A DNA stretch of 60,773 nt, counting the filler. It is 5 parts of 5 records of this genome, joined end to end, with 100 filler letters (N's around TTAATTAATTAA, not from the genome) between each part and the next. Parts side by side here need not be neighbours in the genome. Positions count along the whole stretch, not along the records: positions 1 to 8,941 come from SRR31156797_9332; 4 more parts are not named here. One strand, given 5' to 3'. The position numbers were made by a program, and so were the translations under genes. The notes beneath the pieces were generated by a model. It saw nothing but the letters and a program-made list of their open reading frames with translations. It had not been told where the DNA came from and made no database searches. How positions within the stretch are numbered: position 1 is the stretch's first letter; the number at the start of each line of letters is the position of its first letter. Positions 1 to 9,041 of the stretch are shown in pieces.

Positions 1-624
1 TATATCGATAATATTCAGGAAGCCCGAAAAGTGTTTATCACTGAATTTGGCGGAACGCTGTTCACCATTGCCAAAGATGTGAAATTCCAGTTGGAGTTTA
101 ATCCACAGCAGGTAAAATCATACAGGTTGGTAGGGTATGAAAACCGGCTTTTAACCGCTGAAGATTTTAATGACGACACGAAAGATGCCGGTGAAATGGG
201 AGCGGGCCACACAGTTACGGCACTCTACGAGATAATTCCTGCAGGTTCGGATGAGGAAACCCCATCGGTGGATGAACTGAAATACCAGGAAAATAACACC
301 CAAAACAACAAAAATTCCAGTGAACTGCTAACCATTAAACTTAGGTATAAAGCACCGGATGGAAACAAAAGCAAGTTGATGGAACAGGCTGTGGATAGCA
401 AACCACAAAAGAAAACCTCGGAAAATTTCAGGTTTTCGGCTGCCGTAGCTGAATTTGGGATGCAGTTGCGTGGTTCTGAATTTAAAGGAGAAACTACCAT
501 TTATCAAATCCTGGAACTGGCCAAAAACGCTAAAGGAACAGATGAAGAAGGTTATCGTGCCGAGTTTATTCAATTGGTAAAAACCGTTGGTGATTTGGGT
601 GTTTTTGCTGAGGAACAGGACTAA
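1..624 (+). CDS. vWA-domain protein, YfbK/DUF3520-type C-terminus (5' partial)
   Basis: Frame open from base 1 (YIDNIQEARKVF...); motifs TIAKDVKFQLEFNP, YRLVGYENR, DAGEMGAGH and RFSAAVAEFG are typical of YfbK-like vWA proteins. Confidence 0.85.
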   Translation, partial: YIDNIQEARKVFITEFGGTLFTIAKDVKFQLEFNPQQVKSYRLVGYENRLLTAEDFNDDTKDAGEMGAGHTVTALYEIIPAGSDEETPSVDELKYQENNTQNNKNSSELLTIKLRYKAPDGNKSKLMEQAVDSKPQKKTSENFRFSAAVAEFGMQLRGSEFKGETTIYQILELAKNAKGTDEEGYRAEFIQLVKTVGDLGVFAEEQD

Positions 625-648
625 CAGACTGAATCAAAATCTTAATGA

Positions 649-727
649 TTCTTAGTGCACTGAGTGTCTTTGTGGTTTTTCGCAGACAGATAACCACTCA
701 GGCACTTGGTTCACTCAGGCTCACAAA
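649..727. repeat. Imperfect inverted pair of CACnnAG-type short repeats between convergent genes
   Basis: Reverse complement of TTCTTAGTGCACTGAGTGTCTTTGTGGTT resembles the downstream AACCACTCAGGCACTTGGTTCACTCAGG. Confidence 0.45.
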
Positions 728-742
728 AAAAACCCAAACGAA

Positions 743-2185
743 TCAATCATTATCAAGGATTATTTTTCTCCGTTTTTTATTAATCAAGTAAACCCCAACA
801 AGCAAAACAATGAGTGCTGTTAAAAACCCGGGAATAAAAGAGGATTTGGGCTCGAACTGCTCAGGAGCAACCACACCCCAGATAAAGAAAGTCAGGTTAA
901 AAACAAACCCGACACCAATGCTCCATAACGCTGGTGTGCGATAATGATGAACTTCGTCATTGATCAGGGCAAGAAAAGTTACCGGCACAAAAATTACTAT
1001 GGTTGCCAGCCCAACTACCATCAGATCAACAATCTTGGGGAACGACAACGCCATAAACAACGCCACAAATCCAAAAATAATGGCTGCAAACCTGACTCGC
1101 TTTTGGGTTGTTTTTGCATCCATGTCCTTTTTATCCTTGCCCCAGCCCACAAAATCGCGGACAGCAGAAATGGAAACAATATTTAAAAAGCTGTCACCTG
1201 AGGACATCAACGCAGAGAGGAGCCCAACCACGGCAAACCCCAGGATAAATTCGTTGCTGTGCCTTTCCAGAAAAAGATAAGCAACATCACGAGGGGGGAT
1301 TTCACCTTCAAGCACTATACGAATGGCCATGCCCACCAAAGGAAACAAAATATAAAATGGCAGCATGCCCAACCCTGAAATAATGCTCACTTTCCTGGCT
1401 GTTTTGGGGCCACGGGCAGCAAGCACACGCTGCCAGATGTCCATACGAACCATCACCGAAGGAGCCAGAAAAAGCGGCAGGGCGATCAGGAAAATAATTC
1501 CATAGTAGGTTCCATGAAGCATTTCTTTCGGCAGTTCATTCAACCGCTCAAGTGCCAGTGTGTCGTTCCAGATTCCGGGAATAAAAATCAAAACAATCAT
1601 CATTAAAATCACAATAAACTGAACGGTGTCGGTGATAATTACGCCGGATAATCCCGCTAAAGCCGTATAAAAAATCACAATCAAACAGGAAATTACTGCT
1701 GCGGTTTGGAATCCGATATCAAACGAAAACTTTAATAATGATGCCATCCCAACAAACTGGGCAGCAAGGAGGAAGAAAAAGATAAAAATGTTTACCCCGC
1801 TCACCATCGATGAAAAAACCCTGGAATAAGCGGGATGATCCGGATCGGTATATTTCCGGTTTAGATACCCGGGTAACGAATAAATACGTTTTTTCAGGCC
1901 TTCGGTGTTGATCTGTCCGGCAAACTTCGCCAGGATAAAAAATCCGATCACGTAAGCAATGCCAATACCCACACCTGCAAATCCCGACTCATAACCCATG
2001 GCCATCAGCCCGATGGAAGTTCCACCACCAACAAATGTGGCCAGCGTAGTAAAAACCAGTGGAAGCGTCCGGGTATTTCGGTTATTAACCAGGTAGGCTT
2101 CGGCATCGGAGTGCTTCACATGCCGGATGGTGAAAAACACAATTACGGCAAGGTAAATGATGATCCAGAAAATCAGCCAGGTCAT
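743..2185 (-). CDS. Sodium:solute symporter (SSS) family protein
   Basis: 480 aa with many TM helices; motifs ATFVGGG, YTALAGLSGVIITDTVQ, WQRVLAA and SALMSSGDS. Confidence 0.9.
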   Translation of the reverse strand: MTWLIFWIIIYLAVIVFFTIRHVKHSDAEAYLVNNRNTRTLPLVFTTLATFVGGGTSIGLMAMGYESGFAGVGIGIAYVIGFFILAKFAGQINTEGLKKRIYSLPGYLNRKYTDPDHPAYSRVFSSMVSGVNIFIFFFLLAAQFVGMASLLKFSFDIGFQTAAVISCLIVIFYTALAGLSGVIITDTVQFIVILMMIVLIFIPGIWNDTLALERLNELPKEMLHGTYYGIIFLIALPLFLAPSVMVRMDIWQRVLAARGPKTARKVSIISGLGMLPFYILFPLVGMAIRIVLEGEIPPRDVAYLFLERHSNEFILGFAVVGLLSALMSSGDSFLNIVSISAVRDFVGWGKDKKDMDAKTTQKRVRFAAIIFGFVALFMALSFPKIVDLMVVGLATIVIFVPVTFLALINDEVHHYRTPALWSIGVGFVFNLTFFIWGVVAPEQFEPKSSFIPGFLTALIVLLVGVYLINKKRRKIILDND

Positions 2186-2199
2186 AAATTCAGTTTCAT

Positions 2200-2207
2200 C
2201 AAAGATA
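2200..2207 (-). promoter_or_regulatory. Bacteroidota -7 promoter element (TATCTTTG) of the SSS gene
   Basis: Matches the TAnnTTTG consensus 14 nt upstream of the ATG. Confidence 0.7.
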
Positions 2208-2442
2208 GAAATATTTGAATAGGGCTGTTGATGATGGGGAAATCACCAAAATTCCAACGTTTCTGTTTTACAATCACCAACATGATATTAAGAAACTTTA
2301 AAACACATGGCAAAATGCATCAATTTAAGTAAACTTGCATCCGGTTGAAATGAAACGAGTTAAAAATAAATTTTAGCGGTGAAACTGAAACAACCGGAAT
2401 TTTAAGATGTTAACTAATTTCAAACTTTAAACATAAATTAAA

Positions 2443-2952
2443 ATGATTTCAAAAAATTTAGAAAAAGCAATTAATGATCAGATAAAGCTGGAAGAACAAT
2501 CTTCGCGCATTTACATGGCAATGGCATCATGGTGCGAAGTGGAAGGCTATTCTGGTGCTGCACAGTTTCTTTATGAACATAGCGACGAAGAACGCATGCA
2601 CATGTTGAAATTTGTTCACTTTCTCAACGATCGCGGAGGCCATGCACAGCTGCAGGCCGTTGAACAACCCAACGCAAAATACAAGTCGCTTGAAGACCTC
2701 TTCAAAGAAGTTCTTAAGCATGAGCAGTTTGTTACCAAAAAGATCAATGACCTGGTTGATATTTGCCTGAAGGAGAAAGATCACACCACAAATAATTTCC
2801 TGCAATGGTTTGTTGAGGAACAGATTGAGGAAGAAAGCCTTGCAACAGAAATTGTGGATAAGATCAACCTGATTGGCGAGTCAAAAGGCGGATACTTCCA
2901 CCTGGATATGTTCCTGTCAGGCCTGGCAGGTGCCGAAGCTGGCGCTGAATAA
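2443..2952 (+). CDS. ftnA: Non-heme ferritin
   Basis: 169 aa; ferroxidase motifs EERMHM, HEQFVT and FLQWFVEEQIEEE. Confidence 0.95.
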   Translation: MISKNLEKAINDQIKLEEQSSRIYMAMASWCEVEGYSGAAQFLYEHSDEERMHMLKFVHFLNDRGGHAQLQAVEQPNAKYKSLEDLFKEVLKHEQFVTKKINDLVDICLKEKDHTTNNFLQWFVEEQIEEESLATEIVDKINLIGESKGGYFHLDMFLSGLAGAEAGAE

Positions 2953-2980
2953 AAAAGATTCTAGATCCAATGTATATTAG

Positions 2981-3009
2981 AGACAAGGTTTCAAAACCTT
3001 GTCTTTTTT
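2981..3009 (+). terminator. Rho-independent terminator between ftnA and the DUF3109 gene
   Basis: AGACAAGGTTT-CA-AAACCTTGTCT followed by a T-run. Confidence 0.8.
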
Positions 3010-3568
3010 ATTTCTGCTCAATTTGCTTCACCAGTTCCCAGTACCACATTTCGCCATAACGGCGGATGAGTGAGTCTTTCAGGAATTTATACAGCGGAAC
3101 ATCTTTGCGGCGACCATGCACGAGGGCGGGTTTGCATATATGCCATTCGTGATAGTTTACCGCATCATAATCCTTATACGAAGTGATACGCACCGGATAT
3201 AAGTGGCAGGACACCGGTTTTTGGAATTCAGTTTTCCCTTCCTGCCAGGCTTTTTCGATGGCACACCAGGCAATGCCGTCGGTGAAATTGGCAAAGGCAC
3301 ATTCGCGGCCATTCACCAGTGGCGTAACAAACTGACCACTTTCATCATATTCAAAAACGCCCATTTCTTCCACTACCTGCAGACCCTTTTCGGTCATGTG
3401 GATGCGGACTTCTTCCAGGCTGTCTTCCAGCAAGCCAATCTCTTCTTCGAGCAGCGGCGCCCCGGCATCGCCCTCCACACAGCAGGCCCCTTTGCATTTT
3501 TTCAGGTTACACAAAAACTTCACCTTTGCCAGTTCGTCCGAAACGGTTTTGTCATCAATAACTATCAT
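3008..3568 (-). CDS. DUF3109 family Cys-rich protein
   Basis: Motifs FLCNLKKCKGACCVEGDAGAPL, CAIEKA and KPVSCHLYPVR. Confidence 0.9.
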   Translation of the reverse strand: MIVIDDKTVSDELAKVKFLCNLKKCKGACCVEGDAGAPLLEEEIGLLEDSLEEVRIHMTEKGLQVVEEMGVFEYDESGQFVTPLVNGRECAFANFTDGIAWCAIEKAWQEGKTEFQKPVSCHLYPVRITSYKDYDAVNYHEWHICKPALVHGRRKDVPLYKFLKDSLIRRYGEMWYWELVKQIEQK

Positions 3569-3572
3569 TGGG

Positions 3573-3580
3573 CAAAAGTA
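3573..3580 (-). promoter_or_regulatory. Bacteroidota -7 element (TACTTTTG) 4 nt before the DUF3109 ATG; probably leaderless mRNA
   Basis: TAnnTTTG consensus abutting the start codon. Confidence 0.65.
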
Positions 3581-3660
3581 GGGGAATATTTAGGGCAGAC
3601 GTTCTTAATTTCAATTTTGTTAACATATGTTAAAAAACCCCCCCTTTAGTGAACATTCCA

Positions 3661-3692
3661 TTTGATCGGGTTCAAATTATTCTATAGTTTTG
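3661..3692 (+). promoter_or_regulatory. Bacteroidota housekeeping promoter (-33 TTTG, -7 TAGTTTTG)
   Basis: TTTG at 3661-3664, 20-nt spacer, TAGTTTTG at 3685-3692. Confidence 0.7.
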
Positions 3693-3714
3693 CTGCCACC
3701 TAAAACCAAAAAAA

Positions 3715-3864
3715 ATGATGATGATTCTTTTTTCTCTCCACTTTTCAATGATGCCAACACTTCAGTGCAGGTACAATAAAAGTACCCCCAACGCTGAATT
3801 CCAAATACATCCGTTACAACAATATTCAGTAATCAAACAAAGGAGGTACTGCCTGCAAAAATAA
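3715..3864 (+). CDS. Possible 49-aa leader ORF (MMMILFSLHFSMMPTLQCRY...RRYCLQK)
   Basis: ATG after an A-rich initiation region just downstream of the promoter; no family recognised. Confidence 0.3.
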   Translation: MMMILFSLHFSMMPTLQCRYNKSTPNAEFQIHPLQQYSVIKQRRYCLQK

Positions 3865-3955
3865 CAAAAACCACACAGCCCCAATTATTTCGCGCCGGGC
3901 ATCGCTGAACATGAGGCAATAATTAATTTATCTAAAAAACTCAAAAATTTTTAAA

Positions 3956-4984
3956 ATGAAACTGTTTAAACTAACAATTCTCTCTTTGGCAGTGCTTTTA
4001 TTTGCTGCCGTCATTTATTCCTGTTCGAAACAGGACCAAACCGAACCCACAGGATCCACATCCGAAATCTCCCAATCCGAAGCCGATATCCTGACCGAAA
4101 ACTAGATCAGGGCGTTTAAGGGCAAAATTGAACTCCTACGAGAAAATCCTTCCTATAAAAGTGGCGAAACCATGAGTGTGGACAGCGCCGTTTGGTATAT
4201 GGAGGCTTTGTCGAACTATAATTATAGTCATTCAGGTAAAATTTATGACGAGTTTATTTTGGACTCTTTTAGTATAATTTTACCTACAAACAATGATGAG
4301 ATTCAATTGAACGACATGCTTGTTGCCTATGATGAAATGATCAACAGCCTCTCAGAATATTATAGTTTAATACAAGCGGAAGATAAATACTTAATAGCCA
4401 ATGATGTTTCTTTGAATTCAATGGAAACAGGTATGACTACTTTAGATATTGTTGCCGGTTTTGGTATTGACCAGGCAACTGGAACTAACAATTTATTTGA
4501 TAAAGAATGGTGGTATGGTGATTATGCAGGTGATTGTGATTTTAACCTGCAGGGAACAGATGCTGCAGAACAAATTGAAGATAAAATTCTTTTAAGAAAG
4601 GGCACACCCCATCCAAACATTCGATACACCGATGTACAGACCTTTGAAATCTTCGCATGGGATTATGAAAATACCGAAGACCTAATTCCGGGCGACAACA
4701 TGTATGACTTTTGGATGTTTCACATGTTTGATCCCTATGCGGGAGGATGGCCAAATGTGCATTATTGTGTATCAGTAGAAGAAATGAATTTTTATCTTCT
4801 TGCTGCTGAATATATTTTGAGCCATGATCAGCCACAATTTGTAAGGCCTTCTGGCAAAACCCTAATGACAATTGACATGAGGGGAGAGTCATCATATACA
4901 CAGGATGGTACTACAGCAATACATTGGGCAATCGTATCCTATGGTATTCCATACATCGGAGTTGATCCACCAGATAATCTTTGA
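3956..4984 (+). pseudogene. Bacteroidota lipoprotein interrupted by one in-frame TAG (4103-4105)
   Basis: ATG at 3956 gives a signal peptide and lipobox (MKLFKLTILSLAVLLFAAVIYSC) in the same frame as the 4172-4984 ORF; it reads ...ILTEN*IRAFKGKIELLRENPSYKSGETMSVDSAVWY. Confidence 0.8.
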
Positions 4985-5019
4985 TGCTCGAACTACTTTT
5001 AACCAATAATAATATAATT

Positions 5020-6480
5020 ATGAGACGGTTGCTTTTTTTCTTTCTGGTTTTAGGCGTAACGCAATTATGCAATGCCCAGGACACATTTGAACTTTTAATC
5101 GAAGACGAATGGGATCAAATGCCAACTTCTGTTATTGAAACAGATGACTACTTTATTTTTGTTGAATTATACAGAAGTGTGGCAAACCCCGAATTCAAAA
5201 CAAATCTATATAAAATAGACAAACAAGGCCATATCGCAGTAAAAACGGGAATAAAAACCGGGGTTTATGAATTTATTTTAACCAACTTAATTGATGAAGG
5301 AAATGATTTATTTACAGGAATTGGGTTTCAAAGGGTCCATGAAGATTCTACTGCTATTTTTACTATTTTAAAACTGGATGAAGAGTTTTCAATAGTAGAT
5401 GAAAAAAATTACCTAACGGGTTTTGTTAATATGGATTATGTTAATGTAGAACGTTTGAACAATGGCTATTTGATTGTGGGGAGTGGTAAATATACATCTT
5501 TCCCGACATTTCACTTATTCTCATATTTGCTTGATAATAACTACGATACCATTAGAAGCAAAGTGTATCCAGAAGAAGGGTTAATTCAGGCATTCGATAT
5601 TATCCCATCAGCTGATCAGAAATCTTTTAAATTATTTACTATGGGCTTTACACAACAAACACCCACCATAGGGCAGATTGTGTTATTGGATACCCTGCTC
5701 ATCAGGAACACATACACTGCAATGCCCGAACATATTTTTCTTTATATGGACGCAAAATATATTGATGAAACCCATTATCTTCTTTCAGGCTCAAAACACA
5801 TGGATGATGAGAACGCAGAAACAAAAAAACTTGCCCTTATGCAAATGGATACATCTGATGTTATGCAAGAAATACACTTGTTTGGGCCTGACGACACACT
5901 ATCTTATCCAGGGTTCTACAGTAATATGGATTTCGTAGATCCAAATGAAATTTACTATGCCGGAACCAAGCGAGTACCTTCCGGATATTTTTTCCCTGTA
6001 GATTCCTGGTTTTTTTTAAATAAACTTAATAGCACTTTCGATTTACAATGGCAAAAGTTTTATGGCGGTGAAGCCAACTATATGGTATGGGGTATGATGG
6101 CTACTCAAGAAGGCGGATGCCTAATAGCAGGTACGCGTTATGACTATGTTACACAAGTAAATGAGCGAGATATTTACATCATAAAAGTCAACGAAGACGG
6201 CCTGATCGTTGGCACCGGGGAGGAACCCGGGGGCCTAACCGTGCAGGATGCCATTGTGTATCCCAACCCAGGCAACGAATACCTTAAGGTTCAGTCAGGG
6301 CCGCAGATAAATGGAGCTTTGTTTGAGCTTTTCAACCTCAGCGGCTACCTTGTCCTGTCAACCACGCTCGACGAACGGATGGAAACGATAAACGCAAGCG
6401 ATATTCCTTCTGGCACTTATCCATACCGCGTCACTTACCAAAACAAAATAGTTGCAAGCGGAAAGTGGGTGAAGCGTTAG
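5020..6480 (+). CDS. Secreted protein with T9SS type A C-terminal sorting domain
   Basis: Signal peptide MRRLLFFFLVLGVTQLCNAQ; WQKFYGG repeat-like motif; CTD VYPNPG...SGTYPYRV...SGKWVKR. Confidence 0.9.
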   Translation: MRRLLFFFLVLGVTQLCNAQDTFELLIEDEWDQMPTSVIETDDYFIFVELYRSVANPEFKTNLYKIDKQGHIAVKTGIKTGVYEFILTNLIDEGNDLFTGIGFQRVHEDSTAIFTILKLDEEFSIVDEKNYLTGFVNMDYVNVERLNNGYLIVGSGKYTSFPTFHLFSYLLDNNYDTIRSKVYPEEGLIQAFDIIPSADQKSFKLFTMGFTQQTPTIGQIVLLDTLLIRNTYTAMPEHIFLYMDAKYIDETHYLLSGSKHMDDENAETKKLALMQMDTSDVMQEIHLFGPDDTLSYPGFYSNMDFVDPNEIYYAGTKRVPSGYFFPVDSWFFLNKLNSTFDLQWQKFYGGEANYMVWGMMATQEGGCLIAGTRYDYVTQVNERDIYIIKVNEDGLIVGTGEEPGGLTVQDAIVYPNPGNEYLKVQSGPQINGALFELFNLSGYLVLSTTLDERMETINASDIPSGTYPYRVTYQNKIVASGKWVKR

Positions 6481-6510
6481 GGAGCTTCTGTTTGATTTCG
6501 CCCATAAAAG

Positions 6511-6518
6511 TATTTTTG
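6511..6518 (+). promoter_or_regulatory. Bacteroidota -7 element (TATTTTTG) of thpR
   Basis: TAnnTTTG consensus upstream of the ATG at 6546. Confidence 0.6.
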
Positions 6519-6545
6519 CGGCAATCAACATAACGAACCGTTGCC

Positions 6546-7106
6546 ATGAAAAGACTTTTTGCAGCAGTAAAGGTTGAACCGGATGACAGGATGCTGGATA
6601 TTTACGATCAACTCAGGGATGGCCTGGCCCATGAAAATATTAAATGGGTTGAACCGCAAAACATTCACCTCACCCTGAAGTTTTTTGGAGAAACGCATGA
6701 ACATAAAATAGCTGAAATTTGCGGTGTGCTGGATGAGGTTGCCGGGCGGCACAATCCTTTTGAACTAAACTTAAAAGATATAGGCATCTTCGGCAGCTCA
6801 TATAATCCGCGTGTGATATGGTTCGGGATGCAGGAAAGCCGGAGAATAGAAAAACTTGCCAACGACGTTTTGGATGCTGTGGGAGAAATCGGTTGGGAGC
6901 GCGACCGGCAAAACTTCAGGCCACATGTTACCGTGGGACGGATCAAGTTTATCAAAAACAAACGCTTTTTCCAGCAAACCATTGATAAGTTCAAAGATGT
7001 TGACCTGCAAAAGGTTTCTGTTAAATCATTTTATCTCATCGAAAGCAAACTCCTACCACAGGGGCCGGTTTATGATGTTATGGAGGAGTTTAGGTTGGGG
7101 GAGTAG
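6546..7106 (+). CDS. thpR: RNA 2',3'-cyclic phosphodiesterase (2H phosphoesterase)
   Basis: N-terminal KRLFAAV and two HxT motifs (HLTLKFFG, HVTVGR). Confidence 0.92.
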   Translation: MKRLFAAVKVEPDDRMLDIYDQLRDGLAHENIKWVEPQNIHLTLKFFGETHEHKIAEICGVLDEVAGRHNPFELNLKDIGIFGSSYNPRVIWFGMQESRRIEKLANDVLDAVGEIGWERDRQNFRPHVTVGRIKFIKNKRFFQQTIDKFKDVDLQKVSVKSFYLIESKLLPQGPVYDVMEEFRLGE

Positions 7107-7175
7107 GTTGGTGGGAACTTGTTATTGAGTTACTGGTTATTTGTTATTGGTTGTTGTGCAATTAAGTTACAACAC

Positions 7176-7424
7176 TTAGCAATAATCAGATTCCAGTTCC
7201 TCATTTGTCAAATCTATCATGTTGACACCAAAATTGTGTAGTTGAAGTAAAAAATAAACACGATCAACTCCGGCAAGTTGGGCTGCCATTCCTGAAGAAA
7301 TTTTACCAAGTTCAAAAAGCTTTACAGCCATGGCCATTTTAGCATCCGATTCAAATTGAGCCGGCGTCATTTGTAATGCATCAGGTAAACTATCCGGATA
7401 TCTTATGTTGAAATTTTGAAGCAT
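7176..7424 (-). CDS. UPF0175 family protein (putative antitoxin-like HTH)
   Basis: MAVKLFELGKISSGMAAQLAGVDR signature; -7 box TAGCTTTG at 7443-7450 supports the ATG at 7424. Confidence 0.85.
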   Translation of the reverse strand: MLQNFNIRYPDSLPDALQMTPAQFESDAKMAMAVKLFELGKISSGMAAQLAGVDRVYFLLQLHNFGVNMIDLTNEELESDYC

Positions 7425-7546
7425 AATAAAAAGTAATATGGACAAAGCTAATAAGAACCAATTAGTAATTGTAAAAAATGTTTCAACGAATTAAGAAAGG
7501 GAAAATAACTATTAGTGTTAGGTGAAGCAAAACAAGTCTGATTAAG

Positions 7547-7622
7547 TTTGACGTTTCAATGTGCTGTGCACGATTGAAAGTCGGAAGACCTTGAATCGTC
7601 CGAAGGACATTCAAGCGTCAAA
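7547..7622. repeat. REP-like double-hairpin/cruciform element
   Basis: Two mutually inverted hairpins (TTTCAAT-GTGC-TGT-GCAC-G-ATTGAAA and CTTGAAT-C-GTCC-GAA-GGAC-ATTCAAG) enclosed by TTTGACG/CGTCAAA. Confidence 0.6.
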
Positions 7623-7674
7623 ACAAGTTTAACTGTGTAATAGGAGAAGGCCTTTAAAAATGGTTTAGAAATAT

Positions 7675-8649
7675 TTATTTATTCCTGTCAACAGTAAATT
7701 TAACAAGTTCTTCGAAGGATTTGCGCATGGGACTTTCGGGAAATTCATAAAGCAGATCAAAGGCTTTTTGCTGGTAATCGTACATTTTTTGGGTGGCATA
7801 TTCGATGCCTCCGCTGTGGTTTACCTGATCGATAACCTGATTTACCTTGCCCGGATTGTTGTTGTGCTTTTTCACCACATTGATCACTTTTCGCTTGGCG
7901 CTGCCATTTGAATTATTAAGCATATAAATAAGCGGCAAAGTCATTTTTTGCTCCTTGATGTCAATGCCATTGGGCTTACCTATTGAACTGCTGTCCTGGT
8001 AATCAAAAAGGTCATCCTTAATCTGGAAAGCTATGCCCACATACTCGCCAATCTGGTGCATTTTTTTTACCGTTTCAGCATCTGCACCAACAGATTCGGC
8101 TCCGGCAGCGCAACAAGACGCAATAAGTGATGCTGTTTTCTTTCGGATGATTTCGAAGTAAATCTCTTCCTTAATATCCAGCCTGCGGGCTTTTTCAATT
8201 TGAAGCAGTTCTCCTTCGGCCATTTCACGGGTGGCATTTGAAACGATCTTCAACAATTCAAACTCGTCATTTTCCAAAGACAGAAGCAACCCGCGCGAAA
8301 GCAGGTAATCGCCAACCAAAACTGCAATTTTATTTTTCCAGAGTGCGTTGATGGAAAAATAGCCGCGGCGCACATTGGAGTCGTCCACAACATCATCATG
8401 AACCAGGGTTGCCGTGTGCAAAAGCTCAATCAGTGATGCCGCCCGGTAACTCGATTCGTTGATTTCGCCACAAATACCTGCCGAAAAAAACACAAACATG
8501 GGCCGCATTTGCTTACCCTTGCGTTTATAAATATATCGGGTAACCTTATCCAGCAAAGGCACCTTGCTTTTCATCGAGTTTTTGAACTTCTTCTCGAAAA
8601 GCTCAATGTGATCTTCGATGGGTTGTCGTATTTCTTTCAGTTTCGGCAT
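7675..8649 (-). CDS. ispB: Polyprenyl diphosphate synthase (IspB-like)
   Basis: GKQMRP, HDDVVD (FARM) and FQIKDD (SARM); start placed at MPKLKEIR because a TACTTTTG box lies at 8665-8672. Confidence 0.9.
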   Translation of the reverse strand: MPKLKEIRQPIEDHIELFEKKFKNSMKSKVPLLDKVTRYIYKRKGKQMRPMFVFFSAGICGEINESSYRAASLIELLHTATLVHDDVVDDSNVRRGYFSINALWKNKIAVLVGDYLLSRGLLLSLENDEFELLKIVSNATREMAEGELLQIEKARRLDIKEEIYFEIIRKKTASLIASCCAAGAESVGADAETVKKMHQIGEYVGIAFQIKDDLFDYQDSSSIGKPNGIDIKEQKMTLPLIYMLNNSNGSAKRKVINVVKKHNNNPGKVNQVIDQVNHSGGIEYATQKMYDYQQKAFDLLYEFPESPMRKSFEELVKFTVDRNK

Positions 8650-8803
8650 GGCAAAATTTCGCCTCAAAAGTACGATTTTTGGGCAATTTGGTGTTATTTC
8701 ATGGTGATTAACATTATGCCACTTTGTTTGTTCTTTTTTATCGATAATGGAATTGGAAAAGTAATTTTTTGTAAACAAAGAAAATAGTAAACACTGCGGA
8801 AAC

Positions 8804-8941
8804 ATGTCAGGATTTTTATTCAGTGAAACCATTTTTGGGCCGGTAAAAAGCAGACGACTGGGGAATTCTTTAGGGATAAACCTGCTGCCTGTTAACAGGA
8901 AGATGTGCACATTCGACTGTATTTATTGCGAATGTGGCTGG
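8804..8941 (+). CDS. Radical SAM Fe-S oxidoreductase (3' partial, contig end)
   Basis: IFGPVKSRRLGNSLGINL followed by CxxxCxxC (CTFDCIYC). Confidence 0.85.
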
Positions 8942-9041
8942 NNNNNNNNNNNNNNNNNNNNNNNNNNNNNNNNNNNNNNNNNNNNTTAATTAATTAANNN
9001 NNNNNNNNNNNNNNNNNNNNNNNNNNNNNNNNNNNNNNNNN
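8942..9041. other. Artificial contig spacer
   Basis: N44-TTAATTAATTAA-N44, which has stops in all six frames. Confidence 0.99.

Noticed and set aside
4103-4105. Genome-wide TAG recoding or pyrrolysine as the explanation for the in-frame amber codon
   Set aside because: TAG ends the T9SS gene (6480) and thpR (7106) at their expected termini on the same contig, and no pyl genes are visible.
7675-8910. 411-aa version of the polyprenyl synthase
   Set aside because: The N-terminal 87 aa overlap the divergent radical SAM gene and the promoter box; the ATG at 8649 is the more plausible start.
8942-9041. TTAATTAATTAA palindrome repeated four times in the window
   Set aside because: It is always centred in an N-run of fixed length, so it is an artificial joining linker.
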